From Eledone cirrhosa (taxonomy: Eukaryota), in contig OZ024741.1 in assembly GCA_964016885.1 (NCBI GenBank), positions 380,432,001 through 380,496,000 on the forward strand: a DNA stretch of 64,000 nt, written 5' to 3'. Made by a program: the position numbers and the translations under genes. Shown piece after piece: positions 53,397 to 64,000 of this stretch (within the stretch, counting starts at the first letter, position 1; every line of letters starts with the position of its first letter). The notes under the pieces are model-generated. The model saw nothing but the letters and a program-made list of their open reading frames with translations, made no database searches and had not been told where the DNA came from.

Positions 53397-53830
53397 ATTT
53401 ATTAAAATAACAGATTAAAGTTTAAGCAAAGAATCGCTGCTTTCACCCTTAACCGGATCTTCTGAAACTAACAAAGTCAGTCTGTGAACGCAGAAGTGAA
53501 TATTTCAAAAACCGTTGCAACCGGAGGAAGACAGGAAGACGATACTTTGGTTTGTGGAAACGTTACCTGCCAAAGAACGGGAAAAACGAATATAATACGT
53601 TATTATTTGGAGCGGTGAAAAACAATTACAGGCAAAGACACAACCACGTTTATGGTATAAAAGAAGTCGTAGACTAATATCCTATTAGGTGGTTCATAGA
53701 GACGTCCTCTGGCAATGAACGGAAAATACGAAGATATACGTCATATGTGGAGCGGGGAGAACAATTGCACGCAAAGACAAAACCACGTAAATGGTATAAC
53801 GGAAGTCGTAGACTAAAATTCTAACTAGGA
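53397..53830 (-). mobile_element. Solo PLE pLTR (same family as 62818-63147) with HHR-like motif 53419-53469 and an internal about 140 bp diverged duplication
   Basis: Matches 62818-63135 and the reverse complement of about 6600-6713. Confidence 0.8.
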
Positions 53831-54297
53831 AACCGAATGATTCTCGGTTTCAGAGTTAAGAATAAAGTAAATAAAATACAGAGGTAATTGAAATTAAATA
53901 AATACATACACGCATCCATATACGTACATACACAAGCATACGCGAAAACATTCGCCATAGGTATACAAATACACGCACGTACACAAAAAAGCACCCTAAT
54001 GCCAAGTCACTCAACGTGTGCATGAAAGTGTGTCTGCATATACGTATATACTGCTATGTGAGATGTGGCCTGCATTATTTGAAGTATTCCCTATATGCAC
54101 TTTTTTTTTTTTTTTATGTATTTCTTCACACAAACTGTTATCGTGTACTCCTTGATGTACAGCATCATATGCATGTTTCTATGTACTTTCCAAGTAGTTT
54201 TGTACAGTTTCTTTTCGTATGTGTGCACGTCTGTATGTGTATATATGTGTATATATGCGGACGTAAAATGATGATGATGATATACATATATATATAT

Positions 54298-54382
54298 AGT
54301 AATAATAATAAATTTGAAGATTAAATCCAAAGAGGGCTCGATAACGACAAATATATATAAAATATATAAGAACTGTAGAGCA
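54298..54382. repeat. Unclassified dispersed repeat shared with 62731-62815
   Basis: AGTAATAATAATAAA.TTGAAGA..AAATCCAAAGAGGGCTCGATAA; both copies follow (TA)n and precede PLE sequence. Confidence 0.75.
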
Positions 54383-54489
54383 CATAAAGAAACCTTATAA
54401 ACCAATTTACATGTCAGAAGCTTATAGGAACAATGCAAAGGATATACTTAAAACGTATACAAAAAATATATTAAAAAATACCTAGACAC

Positions 54490-55400
54490 ACATAACCTCA
54501 GCAACATCTGCCCCACATCACCAGGAAGAGGCAGACCACTCACTATTACACCAATGGCCAAGAAGACCCGTACAGAAAGATGGAGCGGGTGGACCAGTGC
54601 CATACTGACCACCAAAAACCATGATCAATTAAAGACAATGATCGCACATGCAGTGGGAGCCAGTATAAAACTAACCCTTAAAGAACATATGTTCAAATTT
54701 AATGGCAAAACCTATGTCCAGAGGAGTGAGCAGCCATTGGTGTTAGCATTGCAGGTGACATAGCTAATCTCTTTATGGTATGGTGGGTCAGAAAACATAA
54801 AGAACAATTAGATGACAATTTTATAACCCTGACTATGTACTCCCACTACGTAGATGACATAAATATTGTAGTAAAAACACCTTACAGGAGAACAGTCAGG
54901 AATTAGAGAAGAACGCTATGGAAAACATCCAGCAAATAGATAACTCCATCCGCTAGAGTATTAAAGTTACTATAGACTACCCAAATAAACACCCCAACTA
55001 TAGATTACCCGTACTAGACACAGAACTCTGGTTGGAAATTATGAGTAATTGAATGCAAATCCTCCATTCACATTATGCCAAACCCATGACCTCTAAATAC
55101 CTGATCCACCGAAACACCAGTTGTTTCGGACCACATCAAAATCAGCATACTGATTGCAGACTTAGTAAGAGTGATGAGGAATGTGTCCCGCATGTGCAAC
55201 CCCAAATAATTAGAGAGATACATACAACATGTCATCCACCACATGCAGTTCCCTGGCTACAATGAGAGGGACAGGATCAGGGTATATAAAGGAGCTAGAA
55301 CCAAATGGGCAAACATTGTAGAAAATGATGCAAATTGAACTTACCCCATGTTTCCTTGGAACAGAATAGAAATGAGGCAAATAAAATAAATTCATGGTAT
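54490..55400 (+). pseudogene. PLE reverse transcriptase remnant, apparently a different PLE lineage
   Basis: HMFKFNGKTYVQ, AIGVSIAGDIANLFM, YSHYVDDINIV, LPVLDTEL, HYAKP; several frameshifts. Confidence 0.85.
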
Positions 55401-55408
55401 GTTGCTCT

Positions 55409-55590
<182 letters not shown>

Positions 55591-55654
55591 ACAACAAAAA
55601 GCACCCAGCCCACACTGTAAAGTGGCCATGTAGGAGTCATGGCAAAAAACATCC

Positions 55655-55995
55655 AGATAGTGCATATTATACATATGCTTTATCTTCGGCCCATGCCTGT
55701 GGGAAGGCGGGTCTTCTGTATTACTGCATAACGCCAGAGATCCTGGTCCTGTGCCATCACATTTAAAAGGTGCTATTGTGAGAGGTCAGCTTTTATCACC
55801 TCATCCCATATCTTCCAGGGTCTTCCCACACCACGGCTTCCATCGACTTTGAGCACTCTGCACCTTTTTTATACAGCTATTATCCTTCATACATATCACA
55901 TATCCATACCAGCATAATCTTCTATCCTACAAACTGCATCTGATTCCACTTACGCCTAGTTTCTCTCTCAGTACACTTTTGCTTTGCCATTCATG
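55655..55995 (-). mobile_element. RTE LINE C-terminal fragment
   Basis: Homologous to about 19940-20170 (GRPWK.WDEVIK.D region). Confidence 0.7.
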
Positions 55996-58038
55996 TATAT
56001 TACTAGTATCATCATCATCATCCTCCTCACCACATCATGTCCATTTTTCCTTGCTGGCATGGGTTTATATGACGATGATGTATATGTTGTGTGATCAGTG
56101 AACAATAACAAAATTCAGAGAAACTGCAGAGAGTAATCTCAACAATAAAATATACAAAACATATGAATATATTTGTAGGTATGGGTGTGTGTGTATTGAT
56201 TTAATATTTTTGCTACCAGCCTACCAAATATCAGCCCTGATGCTATGATTAAATTAACATTTGTTTTAGTGTTCATATTTAAAATTAAACATTCCAATAT
56301 CATTTTGTGTATGTTATGTTCTCAACTTATATTAAAATAGTCAAATATATTATTAAATCCCGCAAAATTTTTAGAATTAAAAAAATTAATCATAAATATT
56401 GGGTTTTGTCTGTTATTAGGAATATGGTAAAGAAAGTATTAACAAATTAGAAAATGCACAAATTTTTCGAGCCAACAGTGTCAAATCAATGTGTTTATTA
56501 CCTTACAATTACAAATATGTAACAATCAATGATAAATTATTTTTCTAGCCTGATAACCACTCAGTAAAACCCATGTCCAACTCATTTAACTTGCTTTGCC
56601 TTACACCTACCAAACATACAAAAATATATGTTCCATTTTTCCATTAAAACTTGTTTGAAAGAAAAGCATTCAGATAAGAAATAAAACAACACAATAATTC
56701 GTAGACAATATGAAGCAAAATGTTATCATAAAAAATTAACCACCAGAAAGAACATTACCAAAGAATAATGTCTCAGCATTATATTCAATATGTTCATTGT
56801 TCTGACTACACAAGTGTATTTGACCAAAACTACACATGTTCTTTTCTATTCTGATATGAAATGCAGCATATGATAAACAGATGCAATTAACCACAATGTT
56901 ATGCTTCATGTGGTATATACCAAACCAAATATTATGGCTATAGCTGCTTATAGTATCAGTTTTTGATAATAGTAACAACAGACTACAATTGCAAATAGGT
57001 GAATGATTTTCATATTGAGTTTCTCTTGATTTATTTTTTATCCTATTTTTATTCTAACGTTTCCATTTGATAATATTTGTTTTGTTTAATTAGTCTTCTG
57101 TGACAAAACATATATCCTGTCTGTCTCTCGTAAAATAAATATTTTCTATCTCAAATATCTTTCGAAATGAAGTTAATTATATTTCTTTGATCTTCTACAT
57201 ATATTTTTATGACATGGTAACAGTTAAATAACTAAATTTGCCTTCCTAAATATGAGTATAAAAAAACAACAAACTATTTGGATGATAATTTATTATTTTT
57301 GATTGCTTGTTTTCTGTATATCAACATGAACTGAATAAAATGTGGATCAAATATTTGTCATAATCAATATTTGATGAGTTGGGGAAGAAACAATGCTGCA
57401 TATGTTATTGATACTATATAGAAATGTTTTGTTTTTCATTGTAATGATAGAAGCAAGATTTTCCGGCACCATTTCTCTGTGAAATTGATGGGAAGTGTGT
57501 GTGTGGTTATTCATAATCAGGAAACAAAAATAAGAGATAGAAATGCAGGCAATGATGTAGGCAGTGGCTGTGGTGTTAAGAGGTTGTCTAAATAATGAAA
57601 TCATCTTTGACCTTGTATCACAGATCAATACTACTGCCTAGATATGAAGTATCAGTTATATGATAAATGATCACCTATTACAAATTTAACTGTCAATTTT
57701 AATGTTATTATTTCACCTTGTCAATAAAGTCACATTTTATTAGGTCATTTGCATCACAATTTAACAACTACAACAATGGGAGCAGAGAAAAAACAAGAAG
57801 CATATTGAAATTTTAGTTATATTGATAAAACAAAATAGATGCCAAAACTGAAAAGCAATAGGCATGAAACATTAACTGAAAACACTGTAAATTTACACAA
57901 AAACACATGTATTTCATCATCATCTTCGTTTAACGTCCATTTTCCACGCTAGCATGGGGTAGACTTTATATTTATAAATATGTGCACATGATCACATGGA
58001 CGTGGAACAGGGACGTTAAACGATGATGATGATGATGA

Positions 58039-58095
<57 letters not shown>

Positions 58096-58259
58096 CATCA
58101 GCATCGTCATTTCCACATCAATTTTCCATGCTGCCCTGGGTTGGACAAGACTTTTCGAGGCAATGTGTTACAGCCAAATGTCTATCCTGACAGCTATCTC
58201 TTTAGTCACGTCTTACGACATGCAGGAATTCAATGTATCTAATATAAACTGGACCATAT

Positions 58260-58655
<396 letters not shown>

Positions 58656-58964
58656 TTATATATATAATAATTGTTTCTACTTTTGGCACAAGGCCAGCAA
58701 TTATCCCAGTACATATCTGGTACTTTATTTTATCGACCCCGTAAGGATGAAATGCAAAGTGGAATGCTTATTATTGTCATCATCATCATCATCATCATCA
58801 CTTTACGTCCGCTTTTCCCTGCTTGTAAGGGTAGGACGAGAACTGATTCTGGCTTGATTTCTACAGCTGGATGCCCTTCCTAACACCAACCTCATTTACA
58901 GTGAGTGCTGGGTGCTTTTTGCCGTGGCACCTCCATGACCACTTTGCAGTGGAATGATATGGAC

Positions 58965-59122
58965 CCCAGTCCCTATCATCTCATTTCTACAGCTGAGTAA
59001 ACTGGAGCAATGTGAAATAAAGTGTCTTGCTCAAGGAAACAACACATCACCCGGTCTGAGAATTGAACTCACAACCTTTCGATTGCAAGACCAATGCTCT
59101 AACCACTAAGCCATGTGCCTCC
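58965..59122 (-). mobile_element. tRNA-derived SINE, same family
   Basis: TGGCTTAGTGG A box and TTCCTTGAGCAAGACACTT on the minus strand. Confidence 0.75.
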
Positions 59123-59670
59123 ATTATCACTCTTTCTGTTAGCCTCTTCCTCACCCTTCACTCACTCACTCTCTGTTACTTCCTCTCGTCCTCCTCCTTC
59201 TTCCCGTTTGACCTGTGCGTAATTCTTTTCTTTCACACGCTTGACCAGGCCGGTTCGCCTTTTTTCTCTCTCTCGTCTACGATTTCACAGAACTTATGTT
59301 CACCGAATTCACGGACTAGACCCCTTCTTCCGCCCGTTAGACCTCTGCGGAATTCCTTCCTTGCTCACATTTCAACCAGGTTTGATGGTCTTTATTCTCT
59401 CTCGTTCACGATTTCACCGAAATTATATTCATGGGAATTTGGGACTTGACTCGTTCTTCCTCACTTTTCGTTGCTTCACCATCTTTGTTTGTTTACACTC
59501 TCGTTGTTCCCTTTATTTACGTGTCCCAACGACTTTCTTTAGCCGTTGCTCGCAACAACCGGAGGTATATGGTCTTTAAAGTGAAGAAATACCGATGATG
59601 GTTGGAAGATCACTAATGAAGGACCACTTTATTTATATGTAACCCATTTGCAACTGCGCAGCACGTTTAT

Positions 59671-59705
<35 letters not shown>

Positions 59706-59710
<5 letters not shown>

Positions 59711-59886
59711 GTTTCTACATTTGGCACAAGGCCAGCAATTACCAGTACATTACTGGTACTTTATTTTATTGACCCTGTAAGGATGAAAAGCAAAGTTAAC
59801 CTCAGCGGGATTTGAGCTCAGATAAAAAGGGGACGTAAGTCTATGCTTCAAAGCATTGTGTCCGACTCTCTACCGATACTGTCAAT
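59706..59886 (-). mobile_element. SINE copy (abundant family)
   Basis: Matches the SINE consensus. Confidence 0.85.
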
Positions 59887-62679
59887 TGACACCTCATCCA
59901 TGCTTATTATATATATATATAATAATAATAAGCATGGACGAGGTGTCAACTTTTCACCACGTCTATTCAGGTGGGATGCACGTTTCACGATTAATCAACT
60001 GAAGGTTCGATCCCTATTGATCGGGCCTGACTCTGGAATCAAATCGTATCAGACTTCTGTTAGTGCAATATATATATATATATATATGCACCACAATAAA
60101 ACCTTCCCCAACCCCACTCTACTATCGCATCACATCCATCATACACTCATATCATTATATTCGTTACCGCCAAAACATTACCTTTTCCTCATGGCATCTT
60201 TCCTACTGCCCCAGAGAGGGCTCATCAGTCAAATTAAAGATTGACAACTTCCCCAGTGCTGGGGTTAAGCAGGTCTTCAGCCAATGTTATCAAGCCAAAT
60301 GGTTGAGATAACTCTTCACTCACAACACTGCAATGTCTTTTATGCTGGTTCCACAAGATTGATGTAGTACCCCTTGGCATTTGTAATAGGAATGGTATCC
60401 AGCAAAGTGAATACTTTTCTTCTGCATGAGAAATATGACACCCTACTTATTGCTGGTGACAACAAAATACACTTGGAATATTCAGTGGAAAAATAGAGAA
60501 TGGGAACATATAAAAATGAGATGTGTCCCCCAGGCTATCTGAGAGATCAGTCACTCTGATTAAGTTGACGATACATATACATAACCACACACAGACACAC
60601 ACACACACACATATAAACATCATCATCATAATCATCGTTTTTATGACTACTTTACCATATTTGCATATACATACATTCATTTGCAAACATACACACAGAT
60701 TTTGCATGTCTAACGTCTGATTTCAAATACTGCCAAGGTTAACTTTGCCTTTCATCCTTACAGGGTTGATAAAATAAAGTAGCAGTAATGCACTGGATTA
60801 ATTACTCGCTTTGTACCAAAAGTAGAAACAATTAATAATCTGCAAAATAATACTATCCAGAAATATGAATTGTTAGCTGTTACTTTTTCTTTACAGTCAT
60901 GTCTTCTCAACAATAGATCAATGACCATACACTTTGCTTATGAATCTAAGAAGATATACTCTATTATGTCCTTCCCTTTTCAAGCCATTGTGTTTTCCTG
61001 CTGTTTCTAGCAGATTGTGAGGGCATATAAAGACTCGGTGGATTGCATAGAGTTACGGCCCTTGCCATTATGAGTTCAAATCCTGCCGAGGTTAACTTTG
61101 CCTTTTATCCTTACAGGGTCGATAAAATAAAGTACCAGTAATGTACTGGATAATTGCTGCCCTTGTGCCAAAAGCAGAAACTGTTATGTATCTCCACTGA
61201 TAATTATCGATAATGCAAACTTCAAACATTGATTTTAATTGTAAACACCAAAGAGTTTTGTAATCCATGTATAGAATTATTCCTAGACTATCTATTGTAG
61301 TAGTGAATTGGCAGATTTGTTAGAATGTTCGATAGAATGTCAAATAGAAGATCTTGTGTTACATGATCCAGTTGTCTGCTCTCTGCATTCAAATCCCACC
61401 ATGCTCAACTTTGTCTTTCATCCTTTTTACATCAATAAGAACGTCTAGTACTGGGGTTGACTTCTCATTGATATCTCTTTCTCGTTCCCTCTCTCTTACT
61501 TTCTATCCTTCTCTGGAAGATCTGCTCTGTTCAGAGCTGGTGAAGATTTATGTAACTAGGGTGCCCCTATGACTCAATCAGGAGTTATGGGGCCACACCA
61601 TACTAGCAGGCTTGTTTTGGCTGATGAGATCTGTAGAATTGGCCATAGTAACTGCAAGGGAAATTCTGTCATCTCACGCCACTCATGATGGTTAATGTGA
61701 CATTAATAGCCAGTTAATTAGTTTGAATTGTACAATTAAATCTTCGTTAGCAAACCCAAACCATCAATTGCTTGATTTCAATAAACTAACATCAATATAT
61801 ATGGACTTGTTATGAGATATTCTGTTAAACTTCATTCCTTCAATTGGTTTATGGTTTGCATCTCCTACCTGATATTTTACAAAAATTAACTTTACAAGAA
61901 TACAAACAGAAGTAAATATATCCAAGCTTTCTTTCAGTCATTATCTGTGATTTATATTTTATTTCATATTATTAAAAAATAAAAATAACTTTTGAAAGAC
62001 GGAGAGACACCAGTAGCATTGATGTATGTCCATCAGTTTTGACTATAAATATTCCAGCTGCTCACTCAACAGAACATCCTATTAGGGAAATTGATATTTA
62101 AGAGGCTGAACCCTCGAGAGACATGCATGCCATCAATATAATTTTCAGAAAAATTTAGTGTAACAAGGCTGGCTGTTTCAATTAGAGATTTAGTCAATCT
62201 TACAGCCTTCCAAATAGCTTCCATTAACCCAGTTTTACTCACAAGTCATGGGGTCAACCTGTGACTGTGGTAAAGGCAATTTGCCGAAGATGCTACACAA
62301 TAGAATCAAATCTGAGCGTGTCCATCAGTGCTATACATACAAAACACCCAACCAATTTTGAGAGGCAAGTAAAAACAATTGTTACTAGACCTCAGTAGAA
62401 GTCTATACAGAGTACAACTGAAAAGAAAAATTATATATGATGTCTGAAATTAATATGAGAAAAACGATATCCACATCTAAAACAGAAAATTGCATTGAAA
62501 CATAACTGATATCATGTTGATAGAAAATTTGCAATGCTGTAATCACTGTTGTGTAACAATAGAATTTGTCTGTAATATAATCAGAAAAAATGTTCAACAC
62601 GTAAATTGATTATAAACTACCATTGTTTGGAAAACTATGTTTGATAAATAAAATATTGCAAAATAGTTCACAGTATATG

Positions 62680-62734
<55 letters not shown>

Positions 62735-62817
62735 ATAATAATAAAATTGAAGACTAAAATCCAAAGAGGGCTCGATAAGGAAAATATATATCAAATATAT
62801 AAGAGCCGTAGAGCAAA

Positions 62818-64000
62818 TATTTATTAAAATAACAGATTAAAGTTTAAGCAAAGAATCGCTGCTTTCACCCTTAACGGGATCTTCTGAAACTAACAAAGTC
62901 AATCTGTAAACGCAGAACTGGATATTTAAAAAAACGTTGCAACCGGAGGAAGACAGGAAGACGATACTTTGGTTCGTGGTAACGTTCGCTGGCAAAGAAC
63001 CGGAAAAAACAAATAATACGTCATCAATAGGAGCGGTGAAAAACAATTACGCGCAAAGACAGAACCACGTTTATGGTATAAAAGAGGTCGTAGACTAATG
63101 TTCTCTTAGGTGGTGCATAGAGACGTTCTCTGGCAAAAAACGTTTCGTTGAGGCTTTCCCGTCTTTCCACCAACGAGCGCATTTTCAACGACCATTCCAC
63201 TTATTACAATGAAGCTATTGCTCGAAGTGGATTTGTCGATAAGGTAGCATATACAGACTACGAAAATAGACCTAGTAGAAATAGATCCCGTCACATTTGT
63301 TGGTTTAACCCACCATATAATATGGAGGTGGCCACACCATTAGCTAAGATCTTTCTTTCCCTTATTACGAAGCATTTTCCCCCTACACATAAATATAGTA
63401 AAATCTTTAATAGAAATACTATTAAAATGTCTTACTCTACGACTCCTAACCTTGCACATAACATCACAGCTTCAAATTTAGCTAAACTACCTAGCCGTAG
63501 GAACACGTGCAACCCTGTAATTGTAGGAATCGGGCTGATTGCCCCCTATCCGGGAAATGCCTCTCAAGTAACATTGTCTACAAATGTAAGGTTGTAACAC
63601 CCACGTCCCGTAGGGCCTACATAGGGTTAACCGCCAATAGTTTCAAACAGCGTCTTTACATGCATACCCATTCTTTTCGTTACCCTCTAAGAAGGAATAT
63701 GACGTCAATTTCAGCTTATAACTGGAGTCTAAAAGACAACCACACCCAATATAAGTTACACTGGGAGATTCTAGCTAGGGCTAGATCGTATAACGGAAAT
63801 AAAAGACCATGTGACCTCTGCGCCTCTGAAGCCCTGGAAATACTCTACGCCACAGACCATATCTTAAATAAAAAATCTGAGGCAATTTCGGCTTGTAAAC
63901 ATAAATTGCAAAAAACTTTCCTGTAGTACAGCCCCACGTTATACCCTAATGGATAGCACGATCTATACGTGGATATTTTACGTCTTGATGTGGGAGCTAA
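62818..64000 (+). mobile_element. PLE (Naiad-type), 5'-truncated, with inferred inverted pLTR 62818-63147; runs off the window end
   Basis: ORF remnant on + strand; upstream segment carries an HHR-like motif on the - strand (62841-62891). Confidence 0.85.
63148..63926 (+). pseudogene. PLE RT thumb and GIY-YIG endonuclease, one frameshift near 63510
   Basis: WFNPPYN..KHFP..IFNRNTIKMSYS | CNCRNRADCPL..CL..IVYKC..YIGLT..FKQR..CDLCASE..LNKKSEAISACKHK. Confidence 0.92.

Overview
AT-rich, repeat-saturated eukaryotic DNA with no recognisable intact host gene. The abundant tRNA-like SINE, the (GAT)n-tailed RTE LINEs and the (TA)n density resemble an octopus/cephalopod genome (inference, not checked). 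Most ORFs in the supplied track are microsatellite noise or transposon remnants. Contents: decayed RTE LINEs (one near full length, one with a 5' inversion), an L1/Tx1 3' end, two Helitrons, hAT and mariner MITEs, many SINEs, and many Penelope-like retroelements (PLEs). The PLE GIY-YIG endonucleases carry CxCx5C, CxLC and LNxxxE..CxH motifs, suggesting the Naiad group. The main observation is a recurring architecture: PLE 3' ends form fold-back (inverted, sometimes also tandem) structures from about 0.3 to 3.9 kb, sit in (TA)n tracts, and carry type I hammerhead ribozyme (HHR) motifs near their outward-facing ends. I read at least seven sequence-distinct HHR families by eye. They include U3-A8 compensatory cores, U4C and U4A cores, palindromic mini-stem III (dimer type) and very long stem II insertions. 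The PLE-HHR association is established; these specific variants and the non-coding mini fold-back units are the candidates for novelty. All folds were made by eye and none is tested.
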